A stretch of DNA of 64,000 nt, from the NCBI GenBank assembly GCA_965203055.1, contig OZ241863.1, positions 3,552,001 through 3,616,000 on the forward strand, in the 5' to 3' direction. The position numbers were made by a program, and so were the translations under genes. This DNA is from Spirochaetia bacterium. Lineage in GTDB: Bacteria; Spirochaetota; Spirochaetia; SZUA-6; Bin103. The notes beneath the pieces were generated by a model that was not told the DNA's origin, did no database searches, and saw only the letters and a program-made list of their open reading frames with translations. This document shows, in pieces, positions 21,070 to 30,342 of this stretch. Within the stretch, counting starts at the first letter, position 1; each line of letters starts with the position of its first letter.

Positions 21070-21175
21070 GGGTGCACGGTACCCATCGCCGCCGCGCCCG
21101 ACAACGTATCCGGGGTCAGCCGGCAGATTTCTCTCCGACCGGTGTAACCTTCCTGCGCGGAGGTTGTTCTACCTT

Positions 21176-21294
21176 ATAGACACTGGGAGGGGGAAAGCCA
21201 AAACCCGCGCTTGCGGGTACCTTAACCCCAGGTCTATCTGTTGCCATCCGCCGGCCCCTGGGGTTTCACCTCCTTTACCCAGGGGCCTTTCTTT
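21176..21294 (+). ncRNA. Candidate structured ncRNA, copy 1 (long stem-loop plus anti-SD-loop hairpin)
   Basis: Pairings ATAGAC/GTCTAT, CTGGG/CCCAG, ACCCGC/GCGGGT, then hairpin 21253-21287 and a T-rich tail. Strand is inferred from the tail. Confidence 0.45.
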
Positions 21295-21497
21295 ACCCCA
21301 GGGCATCAGTCCAAATCTCTCCCAAAAAATCTCCTGGAGAAGCTAAAGCGGCGGCGATCAGCTGCCGATATTGTCAATGTCGGTGACGTTCCGCAAACGT
21401 CGTTTGCCTTCCAGCTTGCGGGAATCCGAGCACGTCCCCAAGCTCCACCGACTGCCATCTATGGCCCCTGGGGTTTCACCTCCTTTACCCAGGGGCC
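21253..21497. repeat. Two identical 35-bp hairpins, 210 bp apart
   Basis: GGCCCCTGGGGTTTCACCTCCTTTACCCAGGGGCC at 21253-21287 and 21463-21497. Confidence 0.95.
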
Positions 21498-21503
21498 ATT
21501 TTT
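21379..21503 (+). ncRNA. Candidate structured ncRNA, copy 2
   Basis: Pairings GTCGGTG/CACCGAC, ACGT/ACGT, CCGCAA/TTGCGG, then hairpin 21461-21499 followed by TTTT; TATTGT at 21369-21374 is a possible -10. Confidence 0.45.
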
Positions 21504-21563
21504 CTGCGCCAACGGAATCCGCCCGTTGTCCGCGCAACCGCCGCCTCCTATACTCCGGGCGCG

Positions 21564-22946
21564 ATGGCCACTCACCACCGGAGCGCCGCCGCGGTAGGCG
21601 CCGCGCACCTGTACTACCTGCCGGTCGCCACCCGCGTGCCGCTGAAGTTCGGCCCCGAGGTCACCACCTCGGTGATCTGCGCGCGCGCCAGCGTCGAGCT
21701 GAGCGGCGCCGGGGCGCGCCGCGCGGTGGGCTGGGGCGAGACCCCGCTCAGCGTGCACTGGGTGTGGCCGAGCGCGCTGCCCTACGCCGAACGGCTGCAG
21801 GCGCTGCGCGGTCTCACCGAAGCGATCGCCCGCGCCTGGCCGCAACAGGCCGAGCCGGGCCATCCCCTGGAGATAGGCCAGCGCTTCATCCGCGGGCGCC
21901 TGCCGGCGCTGCTGGCGGATGCCAACCGCATGCGGCCACCCGGCGCGGAGGTTCCCTGGCTTGCCGCCCTGGTCTGCGCCTCCGCGTTCGACCTGGCCAC
22001 TCATGATGCCTACGGCAAGCTGCTGGGCTGCCCCACCTACGCCACCTACCGTCCCGAATACCTGGGGAGCGATCTGGCGGCGCTGCTCGACGATCCCGCC
22101 TTTGCCGGCCGCTACCCCTGCGACTACCTGAAGCCGGCGCGGCGCCGGCTCATGGCCTGGCATCTCGTCGGTGGCCTCGATCCGCTGGCGCCGGAGGAGC
22201 TTACCGGCGCGGAGCCGGACGACGGCTACCCGGTGCTGCTGGAGGACTGGATCCGCAGCGACGGTCTGCAGGCGCTCAAGGTGAAGCTGCGCGGCGACGA
22301 CGCCGAATGGGACTACCGGCGGCTGGCGGCGGTGGGAGCGATTGCCGCGCGCCATCAGGTGCTGTGGCTGGCGGCCGACTTCAACTGCACGGTGACCGAC
22401 CCCGCGTACGTAAACGAAATTCTCGATCGCTTGCGGGACTGCGAGCCACGAACCTACGCCTCGATCCTGTACGTCGAGCAGCCGTTTCCCTACGATCTGG
22501 AGCAGCACCGCATCGACGTGCGATCGGTAGCGGCGCGCAAACCGCTGTTCATGGATGAGAGCGCGCACGACTGGACGCTGGTACGGCTCGGTCGTTCGCT
22601 CGGCTGGAGCGGGGTAGCGCTGAAGACCTGCAAGACGCAGACCGGCGCCATCCTCAGTCTATGCTGGGCGCGTCACCACGACATGACGGTGATGGTGCAG
22701 GACCTGACCAATCCCATGCTGGCGCAGATCCCGCACCTGCAACTGGCGTCCCACGCCGGCACCATCATGGGCGTGGAGACCAACGCCATGCAGTTCTATC
22801 CGGCCGCGTCCGCGCCCGAAGCGCTGGTGCATCCCGGCCTCTACCGGCGGCGCGGCGGGCACGTGGACCTGGCGTCGCTGACGGGAACCGGCTTCGGCTA
22901 CCATATCGATCAGATTCGGCGCGCGCTGCCGGCCGCGGCCGTATAG
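21564..22946 (+). CDS. Enolase-superfamily (mandelate racemase/MLE-like) protein
   Basis: LKVK, ADFN, YVEQP, MDES, ALKTCK; promoter TTGTCC-17-TATACT at 21526-21554. Confidence 0.85.
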   Translation: MATHHRSAAAVGAAHLYYLPVATRVPLKFGPEVTTSVICARASVELSGAGARRAVGWGETPLSVHWVWPSALPYAERLQALRGLTEAIARAWPQQAEPGHPLEIGQRFIRGRLPALLADANRMRPPGAEVPWLAALVCASAFDLATHDAYGKLLGCPTYATYRPEYLGSDLAALLDDPAFAGRYPCDYLKPARRRLMAWHLVGGLDPLAPEELTGAEPDDGYPVLLEDWIRSDGLQALKVKLRGDDAEWDYRRLAAVGAIAARHQVLWLAADFNCTVTDPAYVNEILDRLRDCEPRTYASILYVEQPFPYDLEQHRIDVRSVAARKPLFMDESAHDWTLVRLGRSLGWSGVALKTCKTQTGAILSLCWARHHDMTVMVQDLTNPMLAQIPHLQLASHAGTIMGVETNAMQFYPAASAPEALVHPGLYRRRGGHVDLASLTGTGFGYHIDQIRRALPAAAV

Positions 22947-24646
22947 CCGACCTGCCGCTCGCCCTCCGCGGCGCTGTCCACGACCGCCAGCGCGGCCTCC
23001 AGCCTCGCCGCCGCGGCGCCCGCGTGGCGCTGCCGTTCGGCGGCGCTCCAGCCGAGCTCCGCGGCCAGCAGGTCGGCGACGCGCGGCACGCTCGTCAAAG
23101 CCGCCCGACAGTCCAGGAACGCCAGGCGGGTGCGGCGCGCCAACACGTCGTCCACGGTGCAGGCCGCCTCGTGGCGCGCCGCGTACACCACCTCCGCCTC
23201 GAGGCAGGGATGGCGCGGCGCCAGGCGGGCGCCGAATCCGGCGCCCGCGAGCTGCGCCACCCGCTCGGCGCGGTCGCCGAAGGCGCGGTCCAGGTGGCGC
23301 GTGACGTCGGCCGGCAAGCCGTAGCGGCGCTGCAGGCCGGGCGCGTCCGGGCGGTAGCCGGCCGCGCCGAGCAGCGGCGTGGACCGGGTTTGCGAAGGGC
23401 GCCGCAGCCCGAAGCCGCCCACCTCGACGACCCGGTTCACGGCATGCACCGCCATCACCCGGTAGGTGGTCCACTTCCCGCCGGCCACCGTTATCAGCCC
23501 GCTGCGGCTCGTGGTCAGGTAGTGGTCGCGGGTCAGCGCCGCGCTGTCCCGGCGCTGCCGGCGGCCGCCGGCCACCCGCCGCGGCGGGGCGGCAATCAGG
23601 GGCCGCAGCCCTGACCAGGCCGCGGTCACGTCGCCGGCCCGCACCGGCATGTTCAGGTAGTTGCGCAAGTGCGCCAACAGGTAGCTCACCTCGCGGCGCG
23701 ACGGCAGCGGCTCCGCGGTCAACGGCGCGTCCACCTCGGTGGTGCCGGCCAGGAGCTGCCCGTGCCAAGGCAGTACGAAGATCACCCGGCCATCCTCGGT
23801 GCGGGGAATGAGGAAGCCGGTGTCGGGGGCGGGGAAGCGCGCGCCGAGCACCAGATGGGCGCCGGCGCTGACGCGCAACAGCGGCGCTTCGCCGGCGTCG
23901 TCCAGACGCCGCAGGCGGTCGACGTAGGGCCCGGCGGCGTTCAGTACCACCCGCGCCCGCACCTCCCACTCGGCGCCGCTGAGGCGGTCGCGCACCACCG
24001 CGCCCGCGAGCCGGCCCGAGGCGTCCTTGAGCAACCCTTCGACGGCGACGTAGTTGGCCAGCGCCGCGCCGTGCTGCGCCGCGGTCAGGGCCAATGCCAG
24101 ATTCATGCGCGCGTCGTCGAACTGGCCGTCGTAGTAGATCACCCCGCCGCGCAGGCGGCGCGGCGGCCCGTAGCCGCGCACCTGCTCGCGCAGGTAGGGA
24201 AACCGCGCCTGCGCCTGCTCGCGCGGGACGAACTCGGAGCGGCGCAACGCGTAGCGGCCCGCCAGCCGGTCGTACAGGTTGAGGCCGATTCGATAGTAGG
24301 GCTGCTGGTACAACTGGTAGAGGGGCACGAAGATCGCCAGCTCACGCACCAGATGCGGCGCCAGCTCCAGCAGCGCCGCGCGCTCCCGCAACGCCTCGCG
24401 CACCAGCCGAAACTGGGAGCGGTCGATCCGCTTGACCGCCTGTTCCAGATAGCGCACCCCGCCATGCACCAGCTTGGTGCTGCGACTGCTGGTGCCGCCG
24501 GCGAAGTCGCCGCGCTCCGCCAAAGCCACCCGCAGGCCGCGGGTCGCGGCGTCCAGGGCGCAGCCGCAGCCGGTCGCGCCGCCGCCGATCACCAGCAGGT
24601 CGAAGCGCTCCTCGCGCAGCCGCCGCAGGTGGCCGGCGCGCGTCAT
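22910..24646 (-). CDS. glpD: FAD-dependent glycerol-3-phosphate dehydrogenase
   Basis: IGGGATG, GTSSRSTKLVHGGVRYL, DGQFDDARM, GGKWTTYR, RRTRLAF. Confidence 0.95.
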   Translation of the reverse strand: MTRAGHLRRLREERFDLLVIGGGATGCGCALDAATRGLRVALAERGDFAGGTSSRSTKLVHGGVRYLEQAVKRIDRSQFRLVREALRERAALLELAPHLVRELAIFVPLYQLYQQPYYRIGLNLYDRLAGRYALRRSEFVPREQAQARFPYLREQVRGYGPPRRLRGGVIYYDGQFDDARMNLALALTAAQHGAALANYVAVEGLLKDASGRLAGAVVRDRLSGAEWEVRARVVLNAAGPYVDRLRRLDDAGEAPLLRVSAGAHLVLGARFPAPDTGFLIPRTEDGRVIFVLPWHGQLLAGTTEVDAPLTAEPLPSRREVSYLLAHLRNYLNMPVRAGDVTAAWSGLRPLIAAPPRRVAGGRRQRRDSAALTRDHYLTTSRSGLITVAGGKWTTYRVMAVHAVNRVVEVGGFGLRRPSQTRSTPLLGAAGYRPDAPGLQRRYGLPADVTRHLDRAFGDRAERVAQLAGAGFGARLAPRHPCLEAEVVYAARHEAACTVDDVLARRTRLAFLDCRAALTSVPRVADLLAAELGWSAAERQRHAGAAAARLEAALAVVDSAAEGERQVGYTAAAGSARRI

Positions 24647-24782
24647 CCGCGGCGGCCTTGGCGGCAGCGCGGGCGCGTAGCGCGGTTCACCGGGCGCGCG
24701 CGGCGGGTCTCCGGTCCCGGCAGCCGCCGCCCGGCCCCTGCGCGGCCCGTCCATGCGCCCGCGGCACGTCCGGCGGCAGCGG

Positions 24783-26291
24783 TCAACGGGTATGCTCAGG
24801 CGCAGCCCGCCGCGCGGAGCGGGTACGCTGCACGGCTTCGGCCCAGCCGGCCAGCAGCCGCTCCCGCGTGGCCGCGGCCATGCGCGGCTCGAAGCGTCGC
24901 TCGGCGCGCCACAGCGCCGCGGCCGCGGACCGGTCCGGCCACAACCCGACCGCCAGGCCCGCCAGCAGCGCGGCGCCCCAGGCGGTCGTTTCCAGGTTTG
25001 CCGGGCGCACCACCGGCAGCTCCAGCAGGTCGGCCTGGAGTTGCAGCAGCAGGTTGTTGGCCGCGGCGCCGCCGTCTACCCGCAGCTCGCGCAACGGGGC
25101 GCCCAGGTCACGCTCCATGGCGCGCGCCACGTCCACCACCTGGTAGGCGATCGCCTCCAGCGCCGCGCGCGCCAGGTGGGCGGCCGTGGAGCCGCGGGTC
25201 AGGCCGGTCACCGTGCCGCGCGCCTCCTGGTCCCAGTAGGGCGCCCCCAGGCCGGCAAACGCCGGCACCAGGTACACCCCGCCGGTATCGGGCACCGAGG
25301 CGGCCAACTCCTCCACCTCGGCGGCGCCGGCGATCAAGCCCAGCCCGTCGCGCAGCCACTGCACTACCGCGCCGCCGACGAACACGCTGCCTTCCAGGGC
25401 ATACTCGCGCCGGCCGGCCAGTTGCGAGGCTACCGTAGTGAGCAGGCGGTTGGCCGAGCGCGGCGCGGCCGCGCCGGTGTGCGCCAGCAGAAAGCAGCCG
25501 GTGCCATAGGTGTTCTTGGCCAGCCCCGGCGCGAACAGGGCCTGCCCGACCGCGGCCGCCTGCTGATCCCCGGCGATGCCGGCCAGCGGTACCGGCTCAT
25601 CCAGCAGTTCGGTCAGCTCGCCGTAGACCGCGGACGAGTCGCGCACCTGCGGCAGCACCGCCGCCGGCACGCCCAGAACCGCGAGCAGTTCTTCGTCCCA
25701 GCGCCCGCGGTGGATGTCGTATAGCAGGGTGCGGCTGGCGTTGGTGGCGTCGGTCAGGTGCAGCGCCCCGCCGCTGAGGCGAAACGCCAGCCAACTGTCG
25801 ATGGTGCCGAACGCCAGCTCGCCCGCCGCGGCGCGCTGCCGCGCCCCCGGTACGTGGTCGAGGATCCAGGCCAGCTTGGTGCCGGAGAAGTAGGCGTCCG
25901 GTACCAGTCCGGCGCGGCTCCGGAACAGGCCGCCGTGTCCGGCCGCGGCGAGCCGCTCCACCATGGCGCTGGTGCGGCGATCCTGCCACACGATGGCGCG
26001 GTGCAGCGGAGCGCCGCTGCGCCGGTCCCAGACGACGGTGGTCTCGCGCTGGTTGGCGATCCCCACCGCCGCCACCTCCGCCGCGGCGGCCCCGGCCGCG
26101 GCCACCGCCTCGCGCGCCACCGCGACCTGACTGGCCAGGATCTCCTCCGGGTCATGCTCCACCCAACCGGCCTGCGGGAAGTGCTGGCGAAACTCCCGCT
26201 GCGCTACCGACGCCACGGCGCCCGCGGCGTCGAACAGCAGCGCCCGCGAACTGGTCGTGCCCTGATCGAGGGCCAAGACGAACCTGCGCAT
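24783..26291 (-). CDS. glpK: Glycerol kinase
   Basis: [41 protein letters not shown]. Confidence 0.97.
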   Translation of the reverse strand: MRRFVLALDQGTTSSRALLFDAAGAVASVAQREFRQHFPQAGWVEHDPEEILASQVAVAREAVAAAGAAAAEVAAVGIANQRETTVVWDRRSGAPLHRAIVWQDRRTSAMVERLAAAGHGGLFRSRAGLVPDAYFSGTKLAWILDHVPGARQRAAAGELAFGTIDSWLAFRLSGGALHLTDATNASRTLLYDIHRGRWDEELLAVLGVPAAVLPQVRDSSAVYGELTELLDEPVPLAGIAGDQQAAAVGQALFAPGLAKNTYGTGCFLLAHTGAAAPRSANRLLTTVASQLAGRREYALEGSVFVGGAVVQWLRDGLGLIAGAAEVEELAASVPDTGGVYLVPAFAGLGAPYWDQEARGTVTGLTRGSTAAHLARAALEAIAYQVVDVARAMERDLGAPLRELRVDGGAAANNLLLQLQADLLELPVVRPANLETTAWGAALLAGLAVGLWPDRSAAAALWRAERRFEPRMAAATRERLLAGWAEAVQRTRSARRAAPEHTR

Positions 26292-26376
26292 GGCGCGCCC
26301 AACCTAAACCGGCCGGCCGGCTCCGGCAACACCGCCGGCCGGGGCGGCCGCGGCAGCAAGCAAGCAGCCGCGGCCG

Positions 26377-26407
26377 TTGACGGGCGCCGCGCCGCGGGCT
26401 ATACACT
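26377..26407 (+). promoter_or_regulatory. Probable sigma70 promoter for gap
   Basis: TTGACG 26377-26382, 17 nt, TATACACT. Confidence 0.5.
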
Positions 26408-26516
26408 TGCCGCAGCCGCCGCGCCGGCGCCGTGAGCTCCGGGCCATCCGTTGCCTGCCACGCGCGCCACGAACCACTTTCCGGCGTCAACGATACCGCC
26501 ACCGCAGGAGTTTGCA

Positions 26517-27542
26517 ATGAGTACCGTACGTGTTGGATTCAACGGCATGGGCCGCATCGGCAAGAACGTGATGCGGGTGATCGTCGAAAAGCTGAACGAC
26601 CGCTTCGCGATCGTCGCCGGCAACGATCTGGTCCCCGCCGCCGACATCGCCGCCAGCCTGCCCAAGGACTCGGTCTACGGCCGCTTTCCCGCGCCGGTGG
26701 CGCAGACCGGCGGCGACCGCATCCGCGTCGGCGACCACGAACTGACCATCTACGCCGAGCAGGACGCGGCCAAGGTTCCCTGGGGCGACCACGGCGTGGA
26801 CATCGTGTTCGAGTGCACCGGCTTCTACCTGAGCACGGCGAAGGCCGGCGCTCACCTCCGGGGCGGCGCCAAGCGGGTCATCGTGTCGGCCCCGTGCACC
26901 GACGACACCGACACGGTGGTGGTCGGCGTAAATCACGAAACCATCGCCGCCGACCGCAAGATCCTGTCCAACGCGAGTTGCACCACCAACTGTCTGGCGC
27001 CTATGACCAAGGCGGTGGACATGACCTTCCCGGTGCAGGCGGGCCTGATGAGCACCACCCACGCCGCCACGGCCACCCAGAAGGTGGCCGACACCTTCGG
27101 CGGCGGCAAGAACCGCGCCACCCTGAACAACGTGATCCCGGCCAGCACCGGCGCCGCGGTCGCGGTCGGCAAGGTGCTGCCTCACCTCAACGGCAAGCTC
27201 AACGGCACCGCGTTGCGGGTGCCCACCGACACCGGCAGCGTGGTGGAGGCGGTCTACCAGATCGCGGGCACCCCGTCGCCGGCCGAGGTCGTGGCCGCCA
27301 TGCAGGCCAACGCCGAGCGTATCAACGCCAGCTCCCTGTTGGGCCAGGTGATTACGGTCAACGACTACTACGAGTGCTCCCGCGACTGCGTCGGCGAGCC
27401 CTACTCCTCGATGGTCTCCGACAACGTGTTGGTGGTGTCCGCCGGCAGCGACTCGCTGATCAAGGTCACCAGCTTCTACGACAACGAGATGGGCTTCAGC
27501 CACCGGATGGCGGAACTGGCCCTGATCCTCGCCGCCGACTAG
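26517..27542 (+). CDS. gap: Type I glyceraldehyde-3-phosphate dehydrogenase (divergent S-loop)
   Basis: GFNGMGRIG, NASCTTNCL, STGAA, RVPT, YDNE; AGGAG RBS. Confidence 0.9.
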   Translation: MSTVRVGFNGMGRIGKNVMRVIVEKLNDRFAIVAGNDLVPAADIAASLPKDSVYGRFPAPVAQTGGDRIRVGDHELTIYAEQDAAKVPWGDHGVDIVFECTGFYLSTAKAGAHLRGGAKRVIVSAPCTDDTDTVVVGVNHETIAADRKILSNASCTTNCLAPMTKAVDMTFPVQAGLMSTTHAATATQKVADTFGGGKNRATLNNVIPASTGAAVAVGKVLPHLNGKLNGTALRVPTDTGSVVEAVYQIAGTPSPAEVVAAMQANAERINASSLLGQVITVNDYYECSRDCVGEPYSSMVSDNVLVVSAGSDSLIKVTSFYDNEMGFSHRMAELALILAAD

Positions 27543-27588
27543 CCCCGGCGGCCGCCCGCAGGAGCCGCGCGCGGGTCACCGGCGAGCC

Positions 27589-27954
27589 CTAACCGTTGGT
27601 GACGGTTCTCGAAGGTCGGCGGCGCCTGACTTCCTCGGTAAGGAGCTTGAAGTCTTCGTCAGTCAGTGCCATCGCCTTCGCGGCCCGGAGGAACTCAGGA
27701 ACGCTCGGCCGGTGATGGAGGTACTCCGCCAGCTCCGGGTCGGTACTCTCGGCGAGTCGGAACAGCAGATCAGGGTCGCCGCCGAGCAGCGCTGCCATCC
27801 GCTTGACGAGCTCCGGCTTGGGCGGACGCTCCTTCCCCCGTTCGACACGACTGAGATACGCGGGCGAGATACCAAGCCGCTCTGCCGCCGCGCGCAGGCC
27901 CATCTCCTGCGCCGTGCGCATCTCCCGAATCGTCTCGCCAAAGCTCCCGCCCAT
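27589..27954 (-). CDS. XRE-family HTH transcriptional regulator
   Basis: FGETIREMR..GLRAAAERLGISPAYLSRVERG; GGAGG RBS. Confidence 0.9.
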   Translation of the reverse strand: MGGSFGETIREMRTAQEMGLRAAAERLGISPAYLSRVERGKERPPKPELVKRMAALLGGDPDLLFRLAESTDPELAEYLHHRPSVPEFLRAAKAMALTDEDFKLLTEEVRRRRPSRTVTNG

Positions 27955-27972
27955 GCTTCCTCCGTAGTTTAC

Positions 27973-28009
27973 TGTTGCGCAACATGTAACATATCAGGAC
28001 AACCGTCAA
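27973..28009. promoter_or_regulatory. Candidate XRE operator/promoter
   Basis: Perfect palindrome TGTTGCGCAACA at 27973-27984; TTGACG on the - strand at 28009-28004. Confidence 0.45.
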
Positions 28010-28133
28010 GTACCCTGCTCGCTCGATCGATCGGCACGCCGGTTGTAGGCAGGCATACGCACGATGTAGGGTCTGCTCGCACTTGGGTGCCACGCCAAGG
28101 CCACACCGTCCACCCGCGGCTCAGGATGAGGAG

Positions 28134-30296
28134 ATGCCAGAATTCAAAGTCCGCAACCTACGGCGCTCCGTCATGACGACACCGACGGCGACCAGCAGCA
28201 GCCGCAAGCGGGTGTCCTCCGCGCAAGACGAGCAACGAGACGGCCGAATGGCTGGCGTCGACGGACCTGCGGCTGCCGCTATGCCCGAGGCCGATACGGA
28301 ACGCGCGTCCGCTGGCGTCGTTCGCGACGGGTTCATCATCGACTTCATCTCCGGCACGAAGGAGGTCAAGGAGACCGCCAAGGAGTCCGTCCGCCAGCGT
28401 ATAGCCCGCGCACTCTTCCACGAGTACGCGATCTCCGTCGAGGACATGGCGACGGACTTCCCGGTTGTCGTTGCGGGCCGGCGCCGCCGCGCGGACATCG
28501 CCGTCTTCGGCGCCGGAGAAGACCATACGCCGGAGAACATCCAGCGTATCGTGGTCTGTCGCCGGGAACCGAAGCAGAACAAGCTCGGCGTTGTGAAGAT
28601 GCGTGACTACCAGCAAGCGGAGCAGGACATCGCCGAGGTCATGCCGTTCTTCGAGGAGTTCGAACGTCTCAAGTACGCCCTGTGGACCAATGGTCTGGAG
28701 TTCTTCTTTCTTCGGAAAAAGGCGACGAAGTTCCAAGTCGACGCGGAGCCGATAGGAGATTGGCCTCCTGCCGACGAGTCTCTCGGCGATCGTGAGGTGT
28801 TGTCTCGCGCGCGTACCCGCCGCGCCGACCCGGAGATGCTGCGTACGGCGTTTCGCCGTTGTCATAATTTCATTCACGGCAATGAAGGCATGCCGAAAGA
28901 TGCCGCGTTCTGGCAGTTTCTCTACCTGATCTTCTGCAAGATGCATGATGAGCGGACTCCAAAGCGAGAGAGCCGCCGTTTCTGGGCCGGTCCGACAGAG
29001 CAGTTCAACGAGGCTGGGCGCAAGGCGATCAAGCAGCGTATAGTACCACTCTTCGGTGAGGTGAAGCAGGAATACCAGACGATATTCACGGGAGGCGAGG
29101 AAATCAGTCTATCGGATCGTGCTCTCGCCTTCATGATCTCCGAGCTGTCGAAGTACGAGTTCTCCCGCACGGAAGTAGACGCCAAAGGAGCCGCGTATCA
29201 GGAGATCGTCGGCACGAACCTCCGGGGCGACCGGGGACAGTACTTCACTCCGCGGGGTGCGATCCGGCTCGTGGTCGAGATACTCGATCCCAAGGAAGAC
29301 GAACGGCTGCTTGATCCAGCGTGTGGAACGGGCGGATTCCTGGTTGCGGCGCTTGACCACCTCATGAGGAGGTTCCGCGACCAGGAACAGATCAGCGCTC
29401 ACAACGAAACGACGGAGGAGTTCGTGTCGTTGAATCATCGGCTACGACGCTACGCCCAAAGGCAGATCTTCGGGTGTGACTTCGATCCGTTTCTCATCCG
29501 GGCCAGCCAGATGAACATGGTGATGGCGGGCGACGGAAAGGGTCATCTCTATCACTTGAACTCTCTGGAATTCCCACAAGGACACCTGCCAGGTGTGGAG
29601 CCGGCCGGTAAAGAAGCGAAAATGGGGACTATGGACGTGGTGATGACCAATCCTCCATTCGGGTCAAGTATCCCGATAACCGACGAAGGCATACTTCGGC
29701 ACTTCGACCTTGCATACCAATGGGAGAAGACGGTGGACGGGAGCTTCCGTAACAACGGCCGCCTGCGACGTAGCGTCGCGCCCGAAATACTATTCATCGA
29801 GCGTTGTATCGAGTGGCTCAAACCCGGTGGGCGCATGGGCATTGTGCTCCCCGACGGTATTCTCGGCAACCCTGCGGACGAGTACATCCGTTGGTGGATC
29901 CTGCGGCACTCCTGGGTACTTGCCAGCGTCGACCTGCCGGTGGAGACCTTTATCGTCGAGGCCAACGTCAACATTCTGACCAGCCTGTTGTTCCTCAAGA
30001 AGAAGCCTGCGGATGTTGTCCAACGTGAAGCCATGGCAGGAGCAGCAGACTACTCGGTCTTCATGGCGGTCGCCGAAAAGGTTGGCTTCGACCGGCGCGG
30101 GAAGACGCTCTACAAGCGTTCTCCGGACGGACAAGAGATAACGCGCGAAGAAGAAGACGTCGAGACCATCACAGTCCGCGGACGCAAGGTGACCCGTCTA
30201 TTGCGGCGCAAGAAGCGGTATCCGGACGATGACCTGCCTACAATCGCCGAGCGTTATCGCGTGTTCCGGTGCGATCATCCGGAGCCACACGTATGA
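28134..30296 (+). CDS. mad2: N6-adenine DNA methyltransferase, MADS MAD2-like (start uncertain)
   Basis: HsdR_N-like N-terminus, RRCHNFIHGNEG, GQYFTPR, DPACGTGGF, NPPF. Confidence 0.85.
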   Translation: MPEFKVRNLRRSVMTTPTATSSSRKRVSSAQDEQRDGRMAGVDGPAAAAMPEADTERASAGVVRDGFIIDFISGTKEVKETAKESVRQRIARALFHEYAISVEDMATDFPVVVAGRRRRADIAVFGAGEDHTPENIQRIVVCRREPKQNKLGVVKMRDYQQAEQDIAEVMPFFEEFERLKYALWTNGLEFFFLRKKATKFQVDAEPIGDWPPADESLGDREVLSRARTRRADPEMLRTAFRRCHNFIHGNEGMPKDAAFWQFLYLIFCKMHDERTPKRESRRFWAGPTEQFNEAGRKAIKQRIVPLFGEVKQEYQTIFTGGEEISLSDRALAFMISELSKYEFSRTEVDAKGAAYQEIVGTNLRGDRGQYFTPRGAIRLVVEILDPKEDERLLDPACGTGGFLVAALDHLMRRFRDQEQISAHNETTEEFVSLNHRLRRYAQRQIFGCDFDPFLIRASQMNMVMAGDGKGHLYHLNSLEFPQGHLPGVEPAGKEAKMGTMDVVMTNPPFGSSIPITDEGILRHFDLAYQWEKTVDGSFRNNGRLRRSVAPEILFIERCIEWLKPGGRMGIVLPDGILGNPADEYIRWWILRHSWVLASVDLPVETFIVEANVNILTSLLFLKKKPADVVQREAMAGAADYSVFMAVAEKVGFDRRGKTLYKRSPDGQEITREEEDVETITVRGRKVTRLLRRKKRYPDDDLPTIAERYRVFRCDHPEPHV

Positions 30297-30342
30297 ACGA
30301 TACCCCGCGACGGATCCACAGCGAACGGATGATCTCTTTCGC

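Noticed and set aside
21116..21247. 43-aa minus-strand ORF driven by the AAGGAGG in the hairpin loop
   Set aside because: The SD is ~21 nt from the ATG, the peptide is not hydrophobic like type I toxins, and it is poorly conserved in the second copy.
21263..21280. 16S rRNA 3'-end fragment
   Set aside because: Only CACCTCCTTT matches; the flanking rRNA sequence (helix 45, GGATCA) is absent.
21253..21497. CRISPR array (35-bp palindromic repeat)
   Set aside because: Only two copies, a 175-bp gap, similar flanks and no cas genes in the window.
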